Positions 1-8,690 of a DNA stretch of 46,680 nucleotides are shown here, in pieces. The position numbers and the translations under genes were made by a program. The notes under the pieces were generated by a model. That model had not been told where the DNA came from, did not search any database, and was given only the letters and a program-made list of their open reading frames with translations. The DNA comes from an uncultured bacterium (GTDB lineage Bacteria; Joyebacterota; Joyebacteria; Joyebacterales; Joyebacteraceae), in contig CAZRAD010000003.1 of assembly GCA_964597945.1 (NCBI GenBank), positions 1 to 46,680 of the forward strand, given 5' to 3'. Numbering within the stretch: position 1 is the stretch's first letter; every line of letters begins with the position of its first letter.

Positions 1-1791
1 CAGGATGCCCAGGGCCTCGCGGTAGTAGTATTCGGAGCTGTGGAAGTAGTCGCGCATCTCACTCGGCGTCGCCCGACCATGCTTGTCAACAATCAGCAGA
101 CCAGGGTCCGACACCGTAGCTTCAAGCGGCAGAATCGAGAACTCGAAGTAACCGTCAGGAGCGGAGCTCGGGTACGTCGCGACGTTCCCGACACCATCGG
201 TTGCCTCGAAGTAGTAGTGAATCTCGGTCTGCGGATTCATCTGGTTCACCGGCGGCGGACAGTTCCAGTCGTTGCCGAGCGGATCCAGGCGGCGACAGGG
301 GTAGGACTCCCACGTCGCACCATCATCACCCGAAGCCACGACGAAGACCGATGCAACATCGTCATCGTCCTTGACCGTCAGCAGCGCGGTGTCAAGCAGC
401 GCGTCCGCCGTCTGCTCGACATACCAGTCATTGAAACGATCCCAGTTGCCAAGTGTGAACGCTGTGCCGGGGTCACCGGAGGGAATGCCGACCTTCTGCC
501 TGTGCAGGAAGATACCGGCCTTGTGCGTACCCGGAGCGGCCGGATCCTGGTTCTCCTGCTGCCAGGCGATCGCGAGCCAGTCGTTGCCGGCGAACGCGTC
601 CCAGTCGTCAGCCCAAACGCCCCAGAACGGGCCGCCATACCAGCCACCTGGATTCTCATCCACGAAGCCGTCGGGTGACGTGACACAGGCTTCCTGGTCG
701 TCAGAAGCCAGCCACAGGTCGAACCGGTTGTTCGACTCGAACGGCAGGTCGACCCACATGTCCCACAGGCCGACGAGCTTCTCGGCGCCGCTGATGTCGA
801 TCGGCGGCGAGATCAGCCACGTGTACTGACCGTCGATCGTCAGGCCGGTGAACGGATCGACCGCACCCATCATCCAACCAACACGGTTCTCACACGTGAA
901 CGGGCGACCGGTCTCGAAATCCGTGCCGTAGAGACCACGGTAGAACGTCAGACCCGTCTGGCCGGCCGCGGCGAGGTCGTCGTGGACCCAGCCGTTATCG
1001 CCGGACTCGACATCGTCGGACCACACGGAGAGCGTGTTGACCGTGATATCGAAGTTATCCAGCTGCCAGGCACCATCCTGCACCGAGCCGAGCGGGGCGT
1101 TGTTGAACTCGTCCTGAGCGGAGTACGCCTCGTCGGTCTCAACGCGGAAGCGAAGACGGACATCCGAACCGGCCCACGCCGAGATGTTCAGCGCCTGATG
1201 GCCCTGGTCCGAATCCCAGTCCTTCGGTGTGCCGGGCTTGCCGGCGAAGCCTGGGTTGTTCGCTGTGTAGATGGTCGTCCACGTCGTGCCACCGTCATCG
1301 GAGATGTCGACGTAGCCGTAGTCGTAATCGTGCTCGAGCGCGAACCGCTGGTCGAAGTCGAGGACGACGTCGTCGCCGGCGACACTCCAGCTGGACAGCT
1401 CGAAGTCCCGGTGCATAAGCATCAGCCAGTCGTTGCCGTAACCACGTGGCTGAACCCAGCACTCGTTGTACGTACCACACCACCACGTGTAGTCGCCGAG
1501 ATACGTCTCGGTCAGGCGGATGGTATCTCTGTGCCAGTAGTTCTCCTGAGCAGCGGTGCCGGAGAAGTCAGGAGACGTCCAGCCGGCGTTGTCACCGGTC
1601 AGATCTTCGAAATCGGCCTCGAAGATCCACAGAGTCTCGAGACGAGCTCCCTCGAAATCACCGCTGGTCACTGATGCGTTCGGCAGAGGCACATGCGTAG
1701 CCAGACCGGCGTTGTCGAGGCCCTTCGCCCCGGCCATCCCGGCAACCAGCACGACCCCCAGCACCAGCAGTACCAGTGTTCTGCTATTCAT
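1..1791 (-). CDS. Secreted hypothetical protein, C-terminus cut by the window edge (597 codons present)
   Basis: It is absent from the ORF track because it has no stop in the window. My manual translation from the ATG at 1791-1789 stays open to position 1. It begins MNSRTLVLLVLGVVLVAGMAGAKG (signal peptide), then a W/D/G-rich sequence including DYGYVDISDDGGTTWTTIY, and ends ...EMRDYFHSSEYYYREALGIL at the edge. There is a GAGGGGGG Shine-Dalgarno at 1808-1801 on the minus strand. The plus-strand ORFs here are Arg-rich shadow ORFs. Confidence 0.75.
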   Translation of the reverse strand, partial: MNSRTLVLLVLGVVLVAGMAGAKGLDNAGLATHVPLPNASVTSGDFEGARLETLWIFEADFEDLTGDNAGWTSPDFSGTAAQENYWHRDTIRLTETYLGDYTWWCGTYNECWVQPRGYGNDWLMLMHRDFELSSWSVAGDDVVLDFDQRFALEHDYDYGYVDISDDGGTTWTTIYTANNPGFAGKPGTPKDWDSDQGHQALNISAWAGSDVRLRFRVETDEAYSAQDEFNNAPLGSVQDGAWQLDNFDITVNTLSVWSDDVESGDNGWVHDDLAAAGQTGLTFYRGLYGTDFETGRPFTCENRVGWMMGAVDPFTGLTIDGQYTWLISPPIDISGAEKLVGLWDMWVDLPFESNNRFDLWLASDDQEACVTSPDGFVDENPGGWYGGPFWGVWADDWDAFAGNDWLAIAWQQENQDPAAPGTHKAGIFLHRQKVGIPSGDPGTAFTLGNWDRFNDWYVEQTADALLDTALLTVKDDDDVASVFVVASGDDGATWESYPCRRLDPLGNDWNCPPPVNQMNPQTEIHYYFEATDGVGNVATYPSSAPDGYFEFSILPLEATVSDPGLLIVDKHGRATPSEMRDYFHSSEYYYREALGIL

Positions 1792-2084
1792 TCGCTCAAT
1801 CCCCCCTCTAGCCTGAAGGTGATCCAGCCCATCCTTCTCGTCAAGACAGCTCCTCACTCCGACCGTTCCCCACGCATCGGCAGCCATGGAAACGGCCAGC
1901 GTGAGCGTTCGAATGAGTAGCCTTGATGGAAGTTGCGCAATCCCAGACTTGTGGTAAGGACGGCCTCTTGACCGTCTATCGCGGATAGGGCGCAACTACC
2001 CGCCCACAACAACCTTCCGGTCTCGCACGGGCAGCAGTGACGGAACCAGCACCTCGGCTTCGCCTATTTCCCGACTCGGGTAGG

Positions 2085-2114
2085 ATTATATCACCATCAG
2101 GCGGGTGTTGTCAA
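2085..2114 (-). promoter_or_regulatory. Sigma70-type promoter, TTGACA-N18-TATAAT
   Basis: On the minus strand, TTGACA lies at 2114-2109 and TATAAT at 2090-2085, separated by an 18-nt spacer. It sits in a 466-bp intergenic region, about 290 nt upstream of the ATG at 1791. Confidence 0.45.
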
Positions 2115-2257
2115 CGGTCAACCCGGTCATCAGACCGTTCTCGGGAATCCGCCGACTGAGGCAAGAAAATGGAACACGTGGCGATCGGAGGGCGATCGAG
2201 ACGGATCGTGTGAGCGCTTGAGCGGGTCGTCAGCCGCTCCCAGGCCGCCGGGCGCCG

Positions 2258-4642
2258 CTACAGCCGCTCGAGGAGCTGCTCGAGCGCAGGCACCGGCTCG
2301 CCCCCGAGCTCCCGATAAGCCCTATAGTGATTGACAGCCAGATTCGGATTTCCCTCATTGAAGTAATATGTCAGCGCGAGATTGAGGTGGGCCGGCGGGA
2401 AGTCCGGGTTGATGCGAATCTCCGCTTCATATTCGTATATCGCGCTGTCGTGGTCCTGCATCTCGCTCAGGATGACACCCATTGAGAAATGACCGTGCTC
2501 GACGAACGGGTCCAGTTCGAGCGCCTGTGCCATGAGTTCCCGGGCCTCCTCGATCAGTCCCATGTCCCGCTTCACCAGCGCTATCCGACGCAGCGGCTCG
2601 CCGGACTCGGGTGCCATGCGAGCCGCCATCTCGAGCTCCGCCAGGGCGTCGACGACCCGGCCGGCCCGCAGAAGCGTATCAGCGGCAGCCATCGCTCTCA
2701 CCGAGACCTCCGGGACCTCGGCGCGCTGTGGACGGTCGATGAGATTCAGGTAGAACGACGCCTCCGCGCGCTCTCTCCGCTCCCCCTCCACCGCCAGCGC
2801 CGCCGTGAGCGAAGCCCGAGCCTCGTCGAACCTCCCCCAGCGATAGAGAGCCACGCCCCTCTCCTTGAGCGCGAGAGCGTTCCCGGGGTCCGCCGCGAGG
2901 ATGGTGTCGAGTTGCGCGACGGCGCCCTCGAAGTCTCCGATGGACTCGAGCGCCATGGCCAGGTTCACACGACCGGTCACGTAGCCCGGATCGAGTCGGA
3001 CGGATGCGCGGAAGGCCTCGATGGCCTGCTCGGGCCGGTCCGCCTCGACGAGCATCGAACCAAGATTGAGGTAGCTCTTCGGATACTCGGGGTCGAGCTC
3101 GATGGAGCGACGACACTCCTCGATCGCCCGAGCCGTGTCGCCCCGTTCTCCGTAGATGATACCGAGACGGAAGTGCGACTGCGCGAAACCCCGGGCGCGA
3201 TCGACACCGTACCAGTTGACATTGACCACGAGCAGAAGAAGAACCGCCCCGACCGTGATCCACGCCATCGCCCTCCAGGCGCGGTCTCGAACGAGCCGTA
3301 TCAACTCGAGGACAGCGAAGCCCGAACCGACCGCAAGCACGGGAACGACCGGGAGTCGGTACCTCGCGACAACGAAGAACGCGACCACGGTGGCCATGTA
3401 GCTGATGACGAACAGCGCGAGGAGACGCGCCTGTCTGCGCCGCCAGGCCAGCACGATGCCGATGAGTCCGAGCGGCGCGACCAGCGCGAATCCCGGAAGC
3501 GGCAGCGCCAGAAGTCCCGAGTATCGCTTCTGGAAGTAGTAGTTCTCAAGCTGGGGCAGTTCGTAAGAACTCATGGCGAAGGAGAGTTTCCTCACGAGCA
3601 GCTTCATCCACTCGGACGGGTGGCTCGCGATGTAGGCGCGCGATCTGCCGTACCAGAACGCGGAGACCTCCGACGGCTTGAGGTCACGGCCGACTGCGGC
3701 CTCGGCGATGAGTTCACCGTCCGGGTCGTCCACGATGTCCAGTCCGACGGGTTTGACATATCCGCCGGTCGAGATCTCGCTGTTGCCGATGTAGAAGTTG
3801 AGTCCGCCGTTCGATGTGACCATCACGAAATCGTCGGCGACCACGAGGTTTCTCACGGTCACCGGAACGACCACGAGGATCACACCGAGCGCGAAGAGAG
3901 CCACGGCCCGGCCACGACCCGTCCGGTTTCTGCGCCACGCGAACCAGATCCAGAGCGCCGCCACCGGCACGAAAGCCAGCGCAGTGGCCTTGCCGATGCC
4001 GGCGAGGCCCAATGAGACGCCGGCGAGCGCGTAGAGCCAGTGCGTTCCCCGGTCGTCGGCGCGGATGAGAAGGTACAGGCAGAGTGAGTTCAGGAAGACA
4101 AGGAGCGGCGTGATGAGGATGGAACCGTCATAGAACACGAGGGCGCCATAGAGCGCGGTGACAAGGCCGGCGATGAGACCAACCCGGTTGCCGAACACGC
4201 GGTGTCCGATCAGGTAGGCAAGCGCAGCAGTCGCCGAGCCGATACCGGCCTGAATGACACGTACGAGCAGCAGGTCACGACCGAGAATTCGGTAGATGGC
4301 CGAGAGGAAGTACGGATAGAGCGGCGACATGAAGAACGCCTCGCGCTCTGACGTTCCGGATGCGATTCGCCGCGCCCACGCGTCATAGAACTTCGCGTCA
4401 AGCCCGAGCGTCTCGAAGAACGGCGTCTGTCTGATCTGGAATACGTAGACAAGCCTCACGACGAGTGCGACAACGAATATGGCCAAAGGCAAGAACCAGA
4501 GGGAGCGCGTGAAACCGTATGCCTTCGGTTGCGGTTCTCCCGGCGATGTCTGCGTCGGCCCTGCCGCCCCCGCTGTCCTCGGCGTACGAGCCGTCTTCGG
4601 CGTCCGATCGTGCTGCTTCCGCTTTCGCCCTCGTCTGGTCAT
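2258..4642 (-). CDS. GT-C fold (PMT_2/GT39-like) membrane glycosyltransferase fused to C-terminal TPR repeats
   Basis: 794 aa. The N-terminus is basic. It is followed by many hydrophobic segments and an early loop, FFETLGLDAKFYDAWARRIASG, typical of PMT/ArnT-like enzymes. The C-terminal ~320 aa hold repeated TPR-like units (e.g. AIEECRRSIELDPEYPKSYLNLGSML, AIEAFRASVRLDPGYVTGRVNLAMAL). An AAGGA RBS lies upstream of the ATG. Confidence 0.8.
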   Translation of the reverse strand: MTRRGRKRKQHDRTPKTARTPRTAGAAGPTQTSPGEPQPKAYGFTRSLWFLPLAIFVVALVVRLVYVFQIRQTPFFETLGLDAKFYDAWARRIASGTSEREAFFMSPLYPYFLSAIYRILGRDLLLVRVIQAGIGSATAALAYLIGHRVFGNRVGLIAGLVTALYGALVFYDGSILITPLLVFLNSLCLYLLIRADDRGTHWLYALAGVSLGLAGIGKATALAFVPVAALWIWFAWRRNRTGRGRAVALFALGVILVVVPVTVRNLVVADDFVMVTSNGGLNFYIGNSEISTGGYVKPVGLDIVDDPDGELIAEAAVGRDLKPSEVSAFWYGRSRAYIASHPSEWMKLLVRKLSFAMSSYELPQLENYYFQKRYSGLLALPLPGFALVAPLGLIGIVLAWRRRQARLLALFVISYMATVVAFFVVARYRLPVVPVLAVGSGFAVLELIRLVRDRAWRAMAWITVGAVLLLLVVNVNWYGVDRARGFAQSHFRLGIIYGERGDTARAIEECRRSIELDPEYPKSYLNLGSMLVEADRPEQAIEAFRASVRLDPGYVTGRVNLAMALESIGDFEGAVAQLDTILAADPGNALALKERGVALYRWGRFDEARASLTAALAVEGERRERAEASFYLNLIDRPQRAEVPEVSVRAMAAADTLLRAGRVVDALAELEMAARMAPESGEPLRRIALVKRDMGLIEEARELMAQALELDPFVEHGHFSMGVILSEMQDHDSAIYEYEAEIRINPDFPPAHLNLALTYYFNEGNPNLAVNHYRAYRELGGEPVPALEQLLERL

Positions 4643-4683
4643 CGTCCGTCCTTCGGAGTTGTGTGCTCACCCGCCAGGAACCG

Positions 4684-6036
4684 TCAGCTGATGTAGCCGA
4701 GCGTCTTCAGCCGCTCGATAACCTCTTCGTCGACAGGTGAGGGAATCGGCTCCGAATCACCATTCCGCTCCCCGGTCTCGTGCGTCTCGATGAAACTGAC
4801 CGGATGCTGTTCAAGCCACCCCGGCTCGAACGCCGCATCAAGCAGCTGTCCGTCCATGTCCTCACCGAGCGGGATGTCGAGCGTCGCAAGCACGGTCGGT
4901 GCCACGTCGAGAATCGAAGCTCCGTCTATCCGTGTACCCTGCGCAACGCCCGGACCGGCGATGATGACGATGCCGTCCTCGCGATGCATGCTGACGCCCA
5001 CGGCCAGCTCGCCCTCGAAACCCGGGTAGCCGCTGTGCCCGGCGAACCCGTGGTCGGAACAGAGCACGACCGTCGTCTGCGCACTCCGGTGCGCAAGTAC
5101 CTCGCCGACGATCCCATCGATACGCTCATAGTAGTTCTCAATGAGAGGAGCGAATGCGGACACCATCTCAGGCTGAAGCTCCTCCGGCCACGTGTCCGGC
5201 TCCATGTAGCGCCAGTACATGTGGCAGCTTGTGTCGAGTCCGCGGAAGTAAACGGCCGCGAGGTCGGTCGGGACGTCTCCGAAAAACCGATGCGCCATGG
5301 CGAGCGTCGTCTGGTCGGACGCGTAGATCCTCCTGAACTCCCTGACCGCGGCGGCCGCTTCCTCGCTCTGCGGAAGGTCTCCACCGAGGAACGCGGCCAC
5401 GGTCTCATCACTGACATCCGCGTCGTCGACACGAAGCGAGACCGCGTCATCCCAGATGCCGGGCGGGTGAACGCTCTGACGCTTGCGCGCGAGCATCTCC
5501 TCATCACCGACGTCGAGCAGTTTGTCCCGGAGGAGCGTATGGAAACGTGACGAGATCATGTAGCCGCTCACGGGCTCGGCGGGCCACGTCACGAGCCAGC
5601 CGATGACGCCGGTCGAGTGACCGGCATCGTTGAGGATCTGCCACATCGCCCTCGCGGTTCTCATGTTGCTGCTCGTAGGGGTCGGATTCGTCGTGGTGCC
5701 GCGGTCGACCAGAAATCCCGCGATGCCGTGCTTGTCCTCGCGCTTCCCGGTCGCGATGCTCGTCCAGATGCTGGGAGAGAGATACGGATAGAGAGAGTGA
5801 AGAACGCCGGAGCTGCCTTCCTCCATCAGCCCGGCGATGTTGGGAAGCCGGCCCTCGTCGGCCAGCCGCTGGACGCGGCCCCAGTCCAGCCCGTCCACGC
5901 CGATGAACAGCACGCGCGGTCCGGGTGGCTCCTCGACTTCCGGCTGACATCCGAATAGAGGGAGTCCCAGGACCACCGAGAGTGCGGCGACGAGCAGTGC
6001 GGCTCCTTTGATCCATCGGCCGGAAACAGATCTCAT
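4684..6036 (-). CDS. Alkaline-phosphatase-superfamily (NPP/phosphodiesterase-type) lipoprotein, paralog 1
   Basis: 450 aa. Lipobox LFGC. Motifs FIGVDGLDW, GRLPNIAGL, SPSIWTSIATGK..HGI, GVIGWLVTWPAEPVSGY, RGLDTSCHMYW, LCSDHGF and DVAPTVLA. The C-terminal tail is PSPVDEEVIERLKTLGYIS. Its ATG overlaps the stop of paralog 2 (ATGA). Confidence 0.85.
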   Translation of the reverse strand: MRSVSGRWIKGAALLVAALSVVLGLPLFGCQPEVEEPPGPRVLFIGVDGLDWGRVQRLADEGRLPNIAGLMEEGSSGVLHSLYPYLSPSIWTSIATGKREDKHGIAGFLVDRGTTTNPTPTSSNMRTARAMWQILNDAGHSTGVIGWLVTWPAEPVSGYMISSRFHTLLRDKLLDVGDEEMLARKRQSVHPPGIWDDAVSLRVDDADVSDETVAAFLGGDLPQSEEAAAAVREFRRIYASDQTTLAMAHRFFGDVPTDLAAVYFRGLDTSCHMYWRYMEPDTWPEELQPEMVSAFAPLIENYYERIDGIVGEVLAHRSAQTTVVLCSDHGFAGHSGYPGFEGELAVGVSMHREDGIVIIAGPGVAQGTRIDGASILDVAPTVLATLDIPLGEDMDGQLLDAAFEPGWLEQHPVSFIETHETGERNGDSEPIPSPVDEEVIERLKTLGYIS

Positions 6037-7265
6037 CGAAGCACCTCATCGAGAACGCGTCCGTCAAGCTCGATGGCCGGCGTGATCCCGGCCGCCTGCA
6101 TCAGCGTCGGCGCGAAGTCGAACAGCTCGGATTCGGATTCGTCGACCCGCGCGCCCGGGCGGATCGACGGCCCCTTCATGATCCACACGCCGCGATCGCT
6201 GTGCATGTCGGTTCCGAGCCGCGGGTTGCCAACCCAATCCAGCTCAACACCCTTGTATCCATGGTCTGCAACAACTGCGATCGTCGCGTCGTCGGTCGCA
6301 AGATCGAGGATCTCGCCGATGATCTCGTCAAGATACTCGTAGTACCGCTCGATGACGATGCCCAGCGTCTCCGCCTGCACGAGCATCTCCTCGCGAGCCT
6401 CGTCGGTCAGTGTGACGCCACCGAGCACGCGCTCCGGCTCCATGTAGTGCCAGAAGCGCTGCGATATTCCGTCGAGACCGAGGAAGTGCACCATCAGCGA
6501 CTCAACGCCCGGATCGGCCGTGATCCGAAGCGCGATCGCCGTGTGTGACGCATCACCGGCATACGAGGTCGCGAGCGTGGTGTAGTTCTGCCCGACGAGC
6601 GCTTCGTAGGGGTTCCTCGTGTCGAGATCGATGAACCGACCAAGGTCGACGCGCCGAACCGAGGACGGACTCGCGAACATCGCGTCGAGCACCGTCTGCT
6701 GGCTCTCCGGATAGATTCTCCCTGAGACGTCCCCGTTGTGCATCTGGTCGAGAATGACCCGGCTGTGTGAGCCGACCATGACACCATTCACCGCTTCGAC
6801 CGGCCATGCTCCCGGCCATCCGATGACACCGACCGTGCGTCCACTGCTCGAAAGCAGCGTCCAGATCGTATCGACCGTCCGATGTTCCGGTACCAGCGGG
6901 CGCGGGACGACCTCCCCGCGAGGTGAGATACGCGTTCCGCCGATGCCCTGGTTCTCAGGTCGCATGCCGGTCACAAGGCTGGTCCAGGGGATCTCCGAAT
7001 CGATACCGCGTTCCAGACTCGCGAATCGTCCGACCGCGCCCTCGGCCATCAGCGCGCTGATATTCGGAAGCCCACCGTCGGCCGAGAACCGCTCCACGAG
7101 CTCCGGTTCGAATCCCTCGATACCGATGACGACCAGCGAGAGGGAACCCCCGCGCGGCGCCGAGGCGTCCTGCGCGGTCTCGCCGTCACGCTTTGACATG
7201 AACACGACAGCGGCGGCCACCAGGGCGACAATGATGAACAGAATCAGTACGTGGTCTCGCTTCAT
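6033..7265 (-). CDS. AlkP-superfamily paralog 2, divergent: membrane-anchored, altered metal-site residues, no C-terminal tail
   Basis: 410 aa. The N-terminal hydrophobic anchor has no Cys lipobox. Motif variants are VIGIEGFEP (D to E), LGLDGISQRFW (H to Q) and VVADHGY. It ends ...DGRVLDEVLR without the LGYIE tail. Confidence 0.8.
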   Translation of the reverse strand: MKRDHVLILFIIVALVAAAVVFMSKRDGETAQDASAPRGGSLSLVVIGIEGFEPELVERFSADGGLPNISALMAEGAVGRFASLERGIDSEIPWTSLVTGMRPENQGIGGTRISPRGEVVPRPLVPEHRTVDTIWTLLSSSGRTVGVIGWPGAWPVEAVNGVMVGSHSRVILDQMHNGDVSGRIYPESQQTVLDAMFASPSSVRRVDLGRFIDLDTRNPYEALVGQNYTTLATSYAGDASHTAIALRITADPGVESLMVHFLGLDGISQRFWHYMEPERVLGGVTLTDEAREEMLVQAETLGIVIERYYEYLDEIIGEILDLATDDATIAVVADHGYKGVELDWVGNPRLGTDMHSDRGVWIMKGPSIRPGARVDESESELFDFAPTLMQAAGITPAIELDGRVLDEVLR

Positions 7266-7274
7266 CGTTCTCCC

Positions 7275-8600
7275 CTACTCGATGTACCCGAGTGAACGGA
7301 GCCGCTCGAGCACCTCGTCATCGACGGGTGACTCGATCGGAGCCGCGTCAGTACGCTCGGTGCGTCCGTAGCTTTCGATTGTGGCAACCGGATTGGCGGC
7401 GACGAACTCGTCCGTGAAGATCTCGGAGAGTACCCTCCCGGGCATGTCGTCAGCGACCGGGGCCGCGCTCATGGCGAGAATCGTCGGCGCAACATCGAAG
7501 ACCGAGGCGTTCTCGATCGTGACTCCCCGCTTCACGCCGGGGCCGCTGACGATGAGCACCCCTTTGAGCGCGTGCTGGTCCTCACCGTACCACGGCGCGT
7601 GCTCTCCCCACTTCCCGGGACCTCGGAATCCGTGATCCGAGCAGATGACGACGGTCGAGTTCAGCGGGAGCAGTTCGAGCAGCTTCCCGATCTCCGAATC
7701 GGTGTAGCGGTAGTACTCATCAATGAGCCCCGCGAGTTCGACGGCCTGATCGGCCAGCATCGCGGTCCCGGGCTTCGCGGGATCGACCGGCGGACGCGTA
7801 TCCTCGTACGCGTGGATCCAGAACCTGTGACAGACCTCGTCCACGCCTCTCGTATAGACACAGGCGACATCCGGGACGTCATCAGAGAACAGGAATCGCG
7901 CCACTGCGTACGTGCTCTCATCACCCGCGAGCGCACGACGCAGTCCCTCCTCGTAGTGGTCGGTCAGTACCGAGAGACCCTCCACGCCCCCGCTCGCGAA
8001 ACGCCCCAGCTGCTCGGGTGACAGCGCCAGCTCGTCGGTCACGTGCGGGGCGATGGCGTCGTCCAGGCCATCGGGCCACGAGATGCCCCGGCCCTTCCCC
8101 GACTGACGGAAACGGTCGTGATACTGCACGTGCTGAGAGACCATGTACCCGTTGACGGGCCACGGCGGCCAGGTGACCAGCCAGCCGATGACCCCGACCG
8201 TCTTGCCTCGGTCGCCGAGGATGTCCCAGAATGCGGGGGCCTTCCACATGTTGCTCGAGTAGTGCGAGTACGAGTCGCGGCCGTGCGGATTGCCGCTGAT
8301 GACGAACCCTCCCACGCCGTGGACGTCGGGGTCGAGACCGGTGGCGATGGTCGTCCAGATGACGGGCGACTTCCGCCGCGGGTCCAGCGAACCCAGCTCT
8401 CCGGATGCCCCACGCTCTATGAGGCCGGAGATGTTCGGAAGCTCGCCCGCCTCGAGCAGCGGCTCGATGATGCTCCATTCCGCGCCATCGATCCCGATGA
8501 CGACGATGGGGCCGTCCACACCGGTCGGCGGCGCCGGCTCCGCGCACGCGCCGAGTATGACGGCGAGAAGCCCGAGGGCGATGATCGTACGAAGCCTCAT
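7275..8600 (-). CDS. AlkP-superfamily lipoprotein, paralog 3
   Basis: I place the start at the ATG at 8600 (MRLRTIIALGLLAVILGACAEP, lipobox LGAC), which is preceded by GGAGAA. The ORF-track start at 8678 would add an Arg/His-rich extension. Motifs VIGIDGAEW, SPVIWTTIATG, ICSDHGF. Tail APIESPVDDEVLERLRSLGYIE. Confidence 0.85.
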   Translation of the reverse strand: MRLRTIIALGLLAVILGACAEPAPPTGVDGPIVVIGIDGAEWSIIEPLLEAGELPNISGLIERGASGELGSLDPRRKSPVIWTTIATGLDPDVHGVGGFVISGNPHGRDSYSHYSSNMWKAPAFWDILGDRGKTVGVIGWLVTWPPWPVNGYMVSQHVQYHDRFRQSGKGRGISWPDGLDDAIAPHVTDELALSPEQLGRFASGGVEGLSVLTDHYEEGLRRALAGDESTYAVARFLFSDDVPDVACVYTRGVDEVCHRFWIHAYEDTRPPVDPAKPGTAMLADQAVELAGLIDEYYRYTDSEIGKLLELLPLNSTVVICSDHGFRGPGKWGEHAPWYGEDQHALKGVLIVSGPGVKRGVTIENASVFDVAPTILAMSAAPVADDMPGRVLSEIFTDEFVAANPVATIESYGRTERTDAAPIESPVDDEVLERLRSLGYIE

Positions 8601-8617
8601 ATGTTCTCCATGGTGGT

Positions 8618-8638
8618 CCGCGTCGTGCGTCGACGCGG
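8618..8638 (-). promoter_or_regulatory. Intercistronic GC hairpin (8-bp stem, 5-nt loop) just upstream of the paralog 3 RBS
   Basis: On the minus strand, CCGCGTCG-ACGCA-CGACGCGG is followed by ACCACCATGGAGAACATATG. There is no U-tract, so it is not a canonical terminator. Confidence 0.3.
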
Positions 8639-8690
8639 TTCTCCTCAGTCCTGTGACAGTGCGCCGACGTCTTGCCACGCTGGTGCCGCG

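Noticed and set aside
40-1674. Plus-strand ORFs 40-678 and 982-1674 at the left edge
   Set aside because: They lie opposite a continuous minus-strand reading frame (1-1791) that has a signal peptide, an RBS and protein-like composition. The plus-strand products are Arg/Val-rich and featureless.
1990-2060. SRP (4.5S) RNA-like element: GGUGCUG... and a GACC-GGAA-GGUU hairpin in the leader
   Set aside because: Beyond the GGAA tetraloop, the flanking helix does not pair: mismatches appear after 4 bp, and the conserved symmetric and asymmetric loop sequences (AGCA and related) are absent. The resemblance is most likely chance.
2161-2200. Possible terminator after the GT-C/TPR gene: CGAUCG-CCCUC-CGAUCG followed by a AUUUUCUU run
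   Set aside because: The stem is only 6 bp and lies 11 nt from the U-rich run, so the geometry is not canonical. I could not support it as an intrinsic terminator.
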